Assembly: GCA_027604505.1 (NCBI GenBank)
Contig: JADIIX010000003.1
Coordinates: 186,001-250,000 of the forward strand
Length of the DNA: 64,000 nucleotides
Source: Gonapodya sp. JEL0774
Lineage: Eukaryota
Direction: 5' to 3'
The position numbers were made by a program, and so were the translations under genes. Below are positions 13,348-25,661 of this stretch, piece after piece (the first letter of the stretch is position 1; every line of letters starts with the position of its first letter). The notes under the pieces are model-generated. The model had not been told where the DNA came from and made no database searches. It saw only the letters and a list, made by a program, of their open reading frames with translations.

Positions 13348-14692
13348 ATGGATATCGACAAATCTCTCGACGACATCATCTCTTCGAAGCGTGGACGAGG
13401 CCGTGGACGTGGACGAGGAGCTGCAGGTCCTCCCCCTCGGGGCGTTCAACAGGGAGGGGGTGGCGCCATTCGCCGAACCAAGCAACAACGAGCGGCGAGA
13501 CAGCAGGCACTAAATCCCATCGCGAAGTGAGTTTCCAAGTATTCTGCTCGATTCTGGTGACAAGCGTGGTGTTTCGCCGTCGCTCTTTGAGAAAGGCGCA
13601 AAGGGCTGACCAGTTTTGGCAATGTCAGACCCCCTGCTGCAGTCAAGGCAGTCCAGAAACAGGTTGCCGCACAGGGTTCGAAAATTGCAATTCGCAACTT
13701 GAACAGCAGCGTCACGGAATCTGACCTCCGTGTAGGTAGAATCTGATGAACAGTAAGATGGAATCGTTCTCATCACCTTCATTCCTTGCAGGAGCTCTGC
13801 ACGCAGTTTTCTCCGGTGAGGATCTCCCCTTCGACTCTTACACATGTGCTTGTGTCTCGGGGGACTTGAATGGGCAAGCGGTCAGGAAAGCGGAACGCGA
13901 AAAGTTGACCCCCCGGATCCACTCGGTTACATCCCCTCCCGAACACCTCCCTTTATTTTCTCTACGCACCTAATCGGCAACGCATTTTCGCTTTTCGACT
14001 CTTGTGACTTGCAATTGCTCAGGTGAAATCTGTGGCGATGCTGTACGACAAGAATGGGAGAAGCTCAGGTTTGTCTGAAAAGTTCCATTCATTTGAGCAG
14101 CCCATTGCGATAGATGTGCTAACTCTCTTTGCTATTCAGGCAGCGCTGAGATCACCTTCCACAGCGCCGAAGCGGCGAAGGCTGTCGCACAACAGTTCCA
14201 TGGCGTCCCACTCGACGGCAAACGTGAGCATAAAGACGAATGAATCGGGGAGTCCATACTCTACTCCCGAGCTCAACTCAGGATCGCCCTTCAGCGATGA
14301 AAGTCATCATTCTACCTATCGTTGCTCCTGTCCCGGTAAAAGTTCCTACTCCAAAGCCAGCGCATGCTGCACCAGCTGCCGGACCTCGTGGAGGCAAGAC
14401 ACGCGGGTGAGTTGTCTCTCAGCAGTCACTGTATGATGACCATTTCAATTAATGTTTCCCAGAGTTGCGCCTCCTGTTCGCGGTGCGATAACTGCTGGGC
14501 AAGCGACTCGTGGGGGGCGAGGTGGTCGTGGAGGCAAGAAGGCTGAGAAACCGAAAACGAAGGAGGATTTGGACATGGAACTTGATCAATTCCTGAAGGT
14601 GTGCCATTCGGAGTTTGCTGAACTCTGCAGTGCCTTCGCAATTATTGATGTTGGAATTGATTATTTCACAATAGGATGGTGCTGCCCAGTAA
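13348..14692 (+). CDS. YRA1: mRNA export adaptor Yra1/ALYREF
   Basis: N-box MDIDKSLDDII, RGG region, RRM (IAIRNLNSSVTESDLR / ELCTQFSP / VKSVAMLYDKNGRSSG), C-box KTKEDLDMELDQFL. Confidence 0.88.
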
Positions 14693-14857
14693 AAGCAATT
14701 ATACATGAGGGATAACGTGAGGATGGCCAGGCTCAGCTTTCCACAAATAGGATGCTCCAGGAGAAGTACATGGATGGGGGTTCTTGTATTTTATCGCAAC
14801 AAATCACACTTTGCTACCTCTTTCTGCGTGATTGTGAAATCACACTCATTGTTGCAT

Positions 14858-17019
14858 CTAATCTTCATTGAAATCCCACACGATGACTGAACGATCCAGC
14901 GCAGCTGTGACCATAGTCGCCCTGTTCATTGAAAGTTCATCAGATGTTACTTTGCCAAGGTCACAGCACAAAAGCTCACCCTGAAACGCGAACACTCCAT
15001 ACAGGGGCACCATGAGCCTTCCTTGTCCACATTAACTCTATGTTTCCATCCACGACTTTCCAACAGGATACACGACCATCTGCACCTCCTGAAACGCCCA
15101 AAAGATCTGCGTGACCTGGGAACGGTAGGGCATGCAAGCACGTCGCAGGCGAAGAGTGAGAAAATGTCGAAAGTGTGCTTCCGGTTGAAAGCGAATGGAT
15201 CCGAATGAGCTGATCCGAAGACGCGGTGATGATGTACGGTGCACTAACGGGGACCGTAAGTGTGTTGAACAACAAAATTAATACGTAGTAGTACTTACGC
15301 GAGCTGAATTGCGTAGACGTGACCCTCAATCCCTCTCGCCTCAATGACTTTCCGCCACGGCTTTCCTCCATTCAGAGGAGAGGTTTCCTCGAGGCTGAAT
15401 ATTTCGCTGTCCTCCCCTCCCCACTCCGTGCGACTTTGCTTTCTCCACACAGCAACGCCATGTTCCTCTCCAGCAGCTGCCACCAGCACATCATCGGCAC
15501 TGGGGATTGCTTTGGCAATCGCTACACACAAGATCGCTCCGCTCCGACGTCCCACCTCTTCTGCGAGGTCGCTGAGCACTTCGTGGTTCACGTCGACTGG
15601 ATAAGCAAGCAAGTGCCCGCCAGAACAACCAACAAGCATGTATCCAGCTTCGGTGTCCAATTTGATAGCGATAGGTTGAGAGGGTGCAGCGGATAGACGG
15701 CGCGGAGGTCCGAGCCGCATTGACGGAGACAATTCCGCCACGAAGAGTGCCGGTTGTTGTGAAGTGGAGAATGTGGCCGCCAGAGCGATCCTTTCCTTGA
15801 ACACGCTCAGACAGGAGGCATCATCAAATGCAGCGGCGGTCAGGACACCTCCAGAGTGTGGCAGTGCGCCAACAACAGCGCCAGAGTCCGCTCGCCACAC
15901 CACAGCTGGAGAGCTCCAAATCGAGTTGATCTCAAGTGGATCCGGAGGGACAAACGGTGTGCGGATTGAGAGCAGAAGAGAATTAGGCCCCAGCGCAAGA
16001 GGGGTGTAGGGGGCAGGAGTGTTGGGAGGTAAGGGAGGAGGTGGTGAGAGAGAAGGAGATCCGGGGCGGACGCGATGTTCCCCCCTTCTCCAGTTGGCAA
16101 GTGTGAGATGCCGCGAGCGAAACACAGTTTTCCAGTGCGGCTCTAGGCCTAAAATAAAGGAGAGAGGCCGGGAGGGTGATCGTGGAGAGGGAGAATAGAG
16201 GGTGGTGGTCGACGTAGGCGCAGTATCTGAAAACGCAATTGGTCCTTTGGGTTCTGAAGTCTCGGTCCGACGAGCAAGTGAATCCAGAAGAAGTGAAGCA
16301 GCATGTCGCCGCTGCCGGATTGAAGACCAAGTGGCGGGAAGCCCATTTTCTAATGACTTTGGGATTCCAAGGAGAAACATGGACGGTGACGGAGAGGGAT
16401 AAGGAGGGAAACCACTTGACTGTTGTGAAGGCCGTGGTACAACTTGATCCAGTAGTAGGCACCACATTAGCCGCAGTAGAATCCACAGGAATAGTGCCTA
16501 CGTACCTCTGGTGAGAGGTCCCCACCACGTAGTTCGGCACATTTCGAGCCACAACCAGTTGTCAGAGATGACTTTGTGGAAACGTCGGCAGACACGGGAT
16601 GAGGATGCGATCGACATAGCATCAAGTTTAGAGAACACCAAGAGCAAAAGTTCGTCTGGAAGTCCTCCAAGACTGGTCTCTGAGATACCAGACACAAGCC
16701 TCCAACCTGATACATCCTTGTCTGCAGCGATCACCGAGGCAAGAGCGACCTTGGATTTGGGGCTCAGCGATGCAAAAAGAGTAAGAATAGCTTGAGCAGC
16801 GGATAATTCCTCCAGTTTGCTGATTCCCAGTTCGACTGTGTCGGTTGTCAAATGATTTAGATCTGACGGCGAGGGATTGGACGTGCCAATGTAACGCCCT
16901 CCTCTTGCCTGGACCTTTCCAAAGAAGCGCGGAATATCGATAGGAGCGCTGGCAGGGTTCATGAGTGATTGAATCTGAATTGTGTTAGTATACATTTGCA
17001 CTGATGCTATATACGGCAT
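14858..17019 (-). CDS. F-box / WD40-repeat protein
   Basis: F-box LPDELLLLVFSKLD...SRVCRRFHKVISDNWLW; WKTVFRSRHLTLANWRRG; WD repeats IITASSDQLIRIH, SGGADGRVSCW, VTAALDRSVIVWDF. Confidence 0.8.
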
Positions 17020-17250
17020 ATCAATAGTCTGTCACACATGGCGAAGATCACACATCTTTTAAATTTGGTTGAATAGAGCAACGAAGATTACAGCTGCTGA
17101 TACAGAACAGCAATACCGATAAATTGAACAGATGACGTTCGGAAAGTGTGCGGATAAGGTTGTGCCGTGGATGTGCCGAATGCAGAACATTGATATTCAT
17201 CCCCCGTCAATACTAAAGAACGGAAACTCCCTCTATTTTCAGGAGCTCAT

Positions 17251-18491
17251 ATGTCAGACATAAAAAGACCCCTCATCAAGCTTCACTACGGTGTGGATTC
17301 CTTCTCTCCCGCCCATGCGAACGGTGTTCACAGGGTTCGAATTTGACTCATCGTCGGTGATCGTTTCCCTATCCCAAAGATGTTGTCTCCCCGTATTCAT
17401 ACTTCGCGTTCGAGGTCTTACATCGGTAGGCAGATCATCAATTACCATGCTGCAGAGATAGGGATGCCGACATTGGTTGTGACTCAGATATAAGAATCTG
17501 AAGCTCTGGGACATTGATGTGGAGCTATGTCCTGTATTTCTTGGGGGTTTGCATGGTCTAGTGAGATTCCTGCTTTTGGAGACGACGGAATCAACTCAGC
17601 TTCATGTAACCACTTTGCTATCCAGACCGGCAACCAGGCGCCGTCGGTTCTCCCTCTGCGAGGTGCTCATCTTGCCAGAGACGGCCCCAGGTCCTCAAAG
17701 CAGTTTTCGGTTCCGATAAAGCCCGTGGCACGCTTTCCACAACAGACTCTTAAAGTGAGATTGCAAGGGTCAAATGTTCCTGTCGCCGTCGCTCGCGTTG
17801 TCTGAACCTGAGTGTGTTCGGTGCAGTGCATGCGTCTCCTAACATTCATTAAATTGCGCCACCCTGAACACCTCGAGAATGCAACCCGAGCGCTCATGAG
17901 GAAATTGCAATTCGAGCAGGGTGACATAGAGAAGGAATCGGATGTTGCGGATGCTTTGGCGTTTTTGGGGAAAGAGAATGTTCGTGTTTGGCTCTCCCAG
18001 GTGAGCGAGTATCCAGTTTGTCCATTGTTGTGGGGTAGCTTTTCTCACATCTGGGAATCAGGAGGTGTCCAAACAGGAGGTGAAAGATGCACTCACAGCC
18101 CAAGTTCGCTCCGCATATGAATCGGGTGCTTATGGGGTGAGTTTGATGTCCATGTATTGGTGTAGGTGGACCCATACCTGACAATCATTGGGGAACAGAT
18201 GCCATGGTGGATTAGTACGTTCACGACATTCATCGATTTTGACCGAATCGCGGTTAATTCGTAAACTTTGCCTGCAGTCTCGAAGCCAACTCCAAACGGC
18301 ACAGAAACTGAGGTGTTTTTTGGAAGCGATAGATGGTGAGTGGCTGTAGTGGACGTTTAGATGTAAATGAAGGTTTGAACCGTAGATAATCTTTCACGCT
18401 TCATAGGTACCATATCGTAGATTTTCTTGGTGTGCCTTGGTACGGCTATAATCCTTCAACACCGATCAAGGAAGGGAAGTGGATGCTTTAG
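17251..18491 (+). CDS. Glutathione S-transferase kappa (DsbA-like fold)
   Basis: Spliced exons give YDVVSPYSYFAFE, VELCPVFLGG, GNQAPSVLPLRG, CMRLLTFIK and FFGSDR. Confidence 0.85.
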
Positions 18492-18798
18492 ATAGCCCGG
18501 GTGTTCTATCGTATGGCAATGAACGGTATAGGTGTTACATCTCACATGTATGCGATGCATGTGGCAGAAATTTTAATGATTATGTTGGGACCAGCATACT
18601 ATCGGAAACGTCGAGAAGTGCCGAGAGTGCATTGGTGTCGGAAGCTTGAGTATCGACGTACGTCGCGTGAATTTGCATTTGATCCTAGATGAAATACGAT
18701 TTATTGTTCTGTAATGTAATGTGCATGCTTAAATTCATTGCTGTAGAATGGATTCTGTACAGATTATCGCAAGGGACGCTCCTGAACCCCGGTTCCTC

Positions 18799-21700
18799 CT
18801 ATCCCACCCATATTTCCAAGTCTTCTTCGGCCTCTTTTGTGTACACAGTTTCCTCTGAGACACCCCGATTCATCGTTCCGAGGCCTTCTCTCGATCCGAC
18901 ATACTCCGGAACCTCTCGCACGGGCAATGGGTACGTGTGCTTTCCATCGGTCGAAGATGTCCTTGGGTCGGCAGATTCTGTGGTATCCCATGTCAAAGTG
19001 GGAGGTTCGAATGCCGCAAAGTCGATGAGAGCCTGCATTGAGCCCCATTCAATGATCTTCTTCTCCAACCAAGGCTGATAATGCAGGACATAAACATGAA
19101 CAAACTCTCAGTGAACCATATGGATAACTTATATTCACATTGAACTCCCTCGAACTTCTGAGATCACTCACCAGGTTGACCGGTTTGGTCAAATAATCGT
19201 TGCATCCTGCCGCCAAAGCTGCATCTCTGTCAGAAGGACTTGTACTGGCCGTCAAAGCGACAATGACAACACTAGCAGCATGATAACCGGTAAATGTGCC
19301 CAGACGGGATCGGTGCTCGCGGCGTTCTCGCTCGATATCGCGGATCTGGACAGTGGCTTCAATACCGTTCATGATCGGCATGAGAATATCCATCTAAGAT
19401 TCGTCAAAGAGAACGACCATAAGTTTTCCAACATGTCATGAACGTAGATTCAAGCAACAGATACTCACGAGCACGAGGTGAAACTTTCCCTCTCGCCACT
19501 TCTCTACGGCCTCTTTGCCGTTGGCCGCCACAGCACAGAAAATGCCCCTTTTTTTCAAGAACGTGGACAATATCGTCTGGTTGATTGTGTTGTCTAAGCA
19601 GCAGGGACGGAGAAGGTGTCCAGCTCAATTTGACAAGGACGATTCGACACCTTTCCTCACCTTCTACTATCAGGACGTTGACGGGCGGTCGAGCGGGGCC
19701 TGGGCGTACCTGCTTTCCCTCCTTGTTCTTCCCGGATTCTTTCTTTTTCTTTATCTTCTTGGAATCCAGCTTCGGTTTCAGCTCCGCTGAATCCGTCCTC
19801 TTCTTCGCCCCGGACGCGACAGTATCTGCCTCTTCATCTTCGTCCGTCATCCCATCCACATCATTCGATGAAGACTCAAGAACGTCAAGAGAAAGGCGAA
19901 GGGCGTGGAGAAGTTTGCGAGGGCCGACGGGTTTGGTGATGATATGCACGCGAGGTGGTGACGAGAGACTAACTGGAGCAGCAATCGACTGAGTTAGGTA
20001 GCGATTTAACCAGGATGTGAATGTTTACGGATTAATCACGGGCTGTGATGGTTTATTGCGGAGACGATCCTCACCAGTGCAAACTCAGCAGCTCTCGCTT
20101 CGCCTCCAGGAGCACAACAATATACCACAGCGACACCCCGCCTTCCATAGCCTGCCGCATCTAGCGCACCAATATCGTCATCTACAATCACAATGGTTCG
20201 ACGAGCGCGGGCTGCGCGGCGGGAAGCACGGGTGGATCCAGAGGCCGGTGGGTCAACAGAGTCCAGGGTGGCACGGAGAGAGGAGGCAGATGGGGTGGTG
20301 GAAACGTAGCAGCCTGGGCAAAGTCAAAAGTGGGGAGGACATTGCTGATCAATGTTCGAGCTTCTCTTGTTCGTTTGGAGACTCACCCCATCCTTGACAC
20401 CATGCCGCAACAGCAACCTCACCACTTCCCCGCACGAGGATGATCCTCACTCCGAACATTCCCGCCGCCCACCCCACAACTTCCTCCACCTTAGCCATAT
20501 GTCCGTGCGCCACCCTGGCGGCCGCAGCACCTCCACCTGCTCCATCTGCCTGCGCCTGTGCCCCAACAGCTCGCTGCACAACAGGTAGTGTGAACTTAAA
20601 CCGATATAATCTACGAGGCGCAGACGTCGGACTTCCATGTCCCTGCCCAGCGGCATTGCCAATTTCTGGGTTCTTCACTTGAGACACTCTCGAGGAGTCG
20701 ATCCGTCCACCTATGGATGCAGCGAGCGCCATAAGTGCTGGATCAGCGAGAGGCGAGTTTGGGTCGGAGGGTAACATTGGCAGCGCGGGGGAATACGTCA
20801 CGGAGATAGAAACGTCTGTGACAAATGAGGAAAACGGAGCGGAAGAGTGTGTCGGAGCTGGCCGTGGGGCACTCATAGAGGAAAGAACAACGAGTGGGTG
20901 ATTTGAAAGGGAGAGGCGGAGGGATCCAGAGAGGAGCTGACGGAGGATGTGACATCAGGGCCGATTTTAAATTCCAAGCTCATAAAACGGTCGTGACTCA
21001 CCCCGACCACTACACCCACAACGGCTCCTCTGCTTCCCACAACCAAGTTCACATGTTTTACCCCACTTCCCTCCACTCCATCGCAACGAATCTCCACAGG
21101 GCATCGCTTGTCCCACGCGCGCCGCGAGACCAGTTCTGCGGATGCTTCAACCATGCAAAACACGTCAAAGGCTTCTTCGACCTTCTCAATTGACGTGGGG
21201 GCGGACGAATGCATCCCCTCCATGCCTAGACCGGTAAAGTCATGTCCCGAACCTCCATCCTCGATCACCATCCCAGCTACTTCTTCGGCAGCCGTTGCCG
21301 CGGCCTCTCCCGAGGATGCCTGTACATTCATCCCCGGAGCCAAGGAGCCCAAACTCGACGCCCCTTTCCAACCACTAGCCGCGAGCTCCACCACATCCTT
21401 CAACAGAACGAGTGCTGCCGCGGATCGGGCGCGGGTGAGGGATATCGAGGCATCAAGAGAAGATAGGTACTTGTCAGTGCCTTCAGAATGGTAGAGGAGT
21501 AGGGGAAGAATAAAATGGTGGATGGAGAGGGATAGGAGGAGGAATAATGTTGCGGACAACTGAGAGACGATTTTGGGGTTGAAAGTGGCACAGGGGAGGG
21601 AGTAAAACGCAAGTGGAAGGTCAGAGATATCCACTTGGCTGGAAAGAGGCTTTTCAGTCAACTCCGAACCGCAACACCTTCTAAAGACCCACCAGTCCTG

Positions 21701-23885
21701 TCCAATTCACGTCGCCGGCGATCCATCCAGCTAGACCTCCCCTCTCAAGCCACCCCGCAACAGTGACTATCACCCCTTGCAGGCCCAAAATGACTGTCAC
21801 GCCGGCTCCGACTGCCGCCTCGGGAGGAACCGCGTCGGCTCGCACTCCAAAAATGAGGGCGGTGAGCGCCATAAGGGCCACGAGATGCAGATTGATTGAC
21901 AGGGGGAGTTCTGGGGTTTGCGTGAGCGATGAGCTGGGGGATGCAAATGGTAGAGGGGTGCGTAAACGGACTGGGTACGTTGTGGAAAAGGTTCGGAAGG
22001 TTTCTGCCAAGGAAATACATGCACCGACAAGGAGGCCCAATGCTAGTATGCGCGACGCTAATAGACGGAGACGAGCGACTGTGTGGCGGGTTGTGAGGAC
22101 GGTGTGGTGTCGTAGGAGGTGGACGTGCTGAGTTGGAAGCGCTTGTGAAACGGGAGCGACATGGGGAAGATGAGATGTAGGGCGCGCGAGAGGAGGACGC
22201 GACGATGAGACAGGTGATGATTCCGAAGACCCGTTTGAGTAGGTGGAGTTGGCGGAAGATTGACGACTTGAAGCCACACTTTCTGCCGCCTGGATTGCTT
22301 GTTCACCGGTGGATGAGTTTGTGATAAGTGATACCGCCGGAGTAGCCGAGACTACTAAGGTCACCAGAGAACTCCGGAGAGTGCTGAGGACCGTGGAGTC
22401 GCGCGGGGGAACTGGAGGTGTGGGGGTGGTTTGTTGCGTAACAGTTTCATAGGTTGAAAGTCTTGACAGCACCTCTGATCCTGGGCCGGGCAGCGGAGCT
22501 GATCCCATCGACTTGACGAGCGGAGCTAAGCCAGGGACGTGAGAAGCGCTCCATGACGCGGCGTGATCTTTCGCAATATCGAGGATGGAGCCAGAGTGGC
22601 GAGTAGAGTGGGCGTATTGGTCGTTCATAGAAGAATCGCGCGAACGTGGTGCCGCAGTTGCAGTTGGAATGAGAACGTTGTGACCGTGTGTGACCGTGAG
22701 TCCGGTGGATTCGAGGGAGTGGGTAGTATCGGTAGTGACCGACGCGACCAGCGAAGACCCAAAAAGAGACGGTCGGCGGAATTCGACGGAGGAACCTCCT
22801 GCGCCAGTTCCCCAGCCCACGTGCTGGTTAGGCATGGAACCTGAAGCGGACGCTGAGAGCGAAGGGGCCAGGGAGACAAGTTTAGCCTCTGAGACGTGGT
22901 GCCCCTCGACCTCCCGTCGAGCGTCTGCTTCGTCAGTGAGCAGATGCAGGGGCACAAGTAGATCGAAGCAACGGGATGCTTCTACCGCCAGATAGGACGC
23001 AAGGGCGGTGGATTGTTCGAGTAAAGATATTGCAAACGGGGGTAAATAGTGCTGGGGAGCAAAGTAGTCATTAAATTCCATGTCCTCAGAGGGTGACGAC
23101 CAAGTCGTGGGTGCAAGTGATTGCGATTGCAGATAAGGGCCAGAGGTGAAGGAAGGGCGCTTGAGTTGGGAACCGTGGACGGAACCCGATCGACGGGAGG
23201 ACACGGAGGAAGCGGTGGTTTCGGAGTGAGTGAGTGATAAAGTGCGACCAGTGGCGAAAGCCGTCGAGGTTGAGGTGGGAGTCGGCGTTTGCGCAGGCGT
23301 AGGAGTGGGGGTGGGCCGTGACCGGATGCCCATATCCCGACCACCCGTTCCTCGTCTCACACCCGTGATTGCTTCACCACCGGCCTCCACGCCAGCCCCT
23401 TCCAAGCTTCCAACATTCTCCACGCGGAGCTCTGAAGCCAAGTCCCTTAATTCATTGTTAACACCGAACGGTACCCTGCTCCCATTCATGCTCAACTTCC
23501 CACCGTCCCGTCCTTCGCTGTCACTGCTGAGTTCCGAATCAATATTTTCCGACTCATAGCCATCGTTTGTCACGTCTTGTTGAAGTTTTCTTGGTTTGCC
23601 GTCTTCCCCACTGTTCGTAAAGCCCGGTCCAAAAGCTTCAACTGCCACCAAGTCACCGTACCGTCCAGACGACCGATCCATCCCTCGGACACCACAAGTC
23701 GGTAACCACCACAGAGAGGTGCCCGTGGTGCTCCTTGGTGTGCTCGACCTTCTCCGAGGCAAAGTTGTTCCTTCCGTTATCAAATCCATTTCCATTTCGA
23801 TGCCATCATCCGCTTTTTCAATGTCCTTCTTTATCACAACTTCTCCTTTCGATGGTGAGCTCCTGCTATCCGGATCTTTTTGCAT
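18799..23885 (-). CDS. SSK1: Ssk1/Mcs4-type response regulator with long N-terminus, hydrophobic segments and degenerate kinase-like region
   Basis: C-terminal receiver: PPVNVLIVE, NQTILSTFLKK, NGKEAVEKW..GKFHLV / MDILMPIMNGIEAT, IVALTAS...DRDAALAAGCNDYLTKPV, LEKKIIEWGSMQALIDF (Ssk1 signature). Start may lie further upstream. Confidence 0.85.
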
Positions 23886-24440
23886 GGACCCGGATCACTG
23901 AAATTTTGGCTCAGTCCCCTGATTCCGCACATACACCACCAGTGCCTCAACCCCACCACCAAAACTTCACCTTCTTTTGACTCTATTACCGCCTCCCTTT
24001 CACTGCACGCACAATCGCTCAGCCCTCTCATCGAAATTTCTTGACAGTGGCTTCATACCAGCAGCTCGGCTTCACAAGTTCTGACGCTCACCCCACTATA
24101 TTAGACTTTCAAGATGCCCATTTTGCACTCACTCATAAAAGTCAACCTCTTCACAGTGGGGACCGCTAGACGTGCTTTACTTATACCTCTGAAACTTTTG
24201 ATACGAATTGACTCAGTGTCAGCCTCTGCATATGACAACTTACATACCAACCAAAGCGAATTGCGGGAACAATGGTAGACAATTGATCTGTTTATATGTA
24301 GCAAGGGTTTTTGTGAGCTTGGATGCAAGGGCACTGAGTCTAGATCAACAGAAAGAAAAATTGTCCACGTCATAGTGGATGGATGGGTGCACATTGTATG
24401 GCACCGTGCTTGTGTTAGTCCCCGAGAAGACGAGTGACCG

Positions 24441-25249
24441 ATGGCAGCACCGAATCCCCCCTTGTCGTCACTCCCCCCCGCAATCGCCCACTTCCCTCTG
24501 CCAGCTCTCTTTATTTGGTCGCGGGGTCCAATGTCCATGATACCTTTTCTCATAACGCAAGATGTAATGGACGTATCCTTGCTGGTCCTCACCGCCTTGA
24601 CGGCATGGAGCATGATTGAAGCAGAGACGATGGTGCGTTTGCTAAGGGATCCAGGACAAGAATTGATTACCACAAGACGGGGTTGGTTTGGCACCAGATG
24701 CTGATTTCTGCCAAGGTTTGTTTGGCACCATATGGCGATTTCTGCCACAGTGGTGACTGTATTGGAAGAAAGGGGGTTTCTTTAAGTCAGCATAGTGCAT
24801 TGAAGTGCATTCGTGTTCCGTGCGGAGCTAGAATGTTTACGGATCTGAGTTTGTGATCTGAGGAGAAATGAGTTGACCTTTACACTCTCTCGTCTGGATT
24901 CTCTCTGATTTTCACGGACCCGCTCATCTAGCCCACCAAGAGGTCCTCCCAACTCCTCCTCGGCCTCACTTGGATTGTCCTCAATATCCTTGGTGACACC
25001 TTGTTCCTCGCTATCCGCTCTCTTCCCTCACCTACTTCTTCTGTCCTCCACCGCTTCGGTATCGTCTCCTCCCTCGAATCATGGACTGTCGAGTTCCGCC
25101 TCGTGTATGCTCTTTGGGCAGTGGCGACGTTCACGCCGGTCTTGGTCTCCTGGTACAGTGGCTATGCGCAGGAAGCCCAACCGGAGCAGGTCCAAGTCGA
25201 AAAGGACTCTAGACAGAAGAAAAGAGCTGACGGGAGGAAGAAGCGGTGA
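24441..25249 (+). CDS. Hypothetical small membrane protein (exon structure uncertain)
   Basis: Hydrophobic segments VSLLVLTALTAWSMI, LLLGLTWIVLNILG and LVYALWAVATFTPVLVSWY, ending in a basic KKR tail. Confidence 0.35.
24686..24747. repeat. Short tandem duplication, 28-nt unit with 34-nt period
   Basis: GTTTGGCACCAGATGCTGATTTCTGCCA (24686-24713) vs GTTTGGCACCATATGGCGATTTCTGCCA (24720-24747); 25/28 identical. Confidence 0.8.
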
Positions 25250-25661
25250 TGAGACGGCACAAGCAACGTGGTATGATGCCGTTGCCGATTTTAGACAACG
25301 GACTCAGTACACCGTGATTTGGTTTCTTTTAAAATGCGGTATGGGAACTGAGTACCACGATGAGCATGAATTTTTTTGGGAGGGCGATTATTATATAACG
25401 GAAATGAGAGTTCGTGGTGCGTTCAGTTATCGGAGATGGTGACGGTTACGATGAGTACGAAACTGGAGCACCACCAGGAGGGGCCGAAAACTTCTAGAAT
25501 AATTAATTACTTTCTTACATAATAGACATTCGAGAGAAACAAGCCCTCAGATTGTATTGCGCGGTCGATCGCTGTAACGGACGGGCGAGGCTCTGTTTTA
25601 CTGCTTGCACGCCGAAAGCATCTCTAGAGGCGGAACCAAAATCCACCATGATTCGAATTCA

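Noticed and set aside
24573..24624. GTATCCTT plus CCTTGAC resembling a U12-type intron
   Set aside because: Very short, reads through in frame as a hydrophobic helix, and removal at the best AG gives an early stop.
24699..24704. TGC-TGA as a possible Cys-Sec codon pair
   Set aside because: Falls within an out-of-frame tandem duplication; no selenoprotein-like fold or convincing SECIS was seen.
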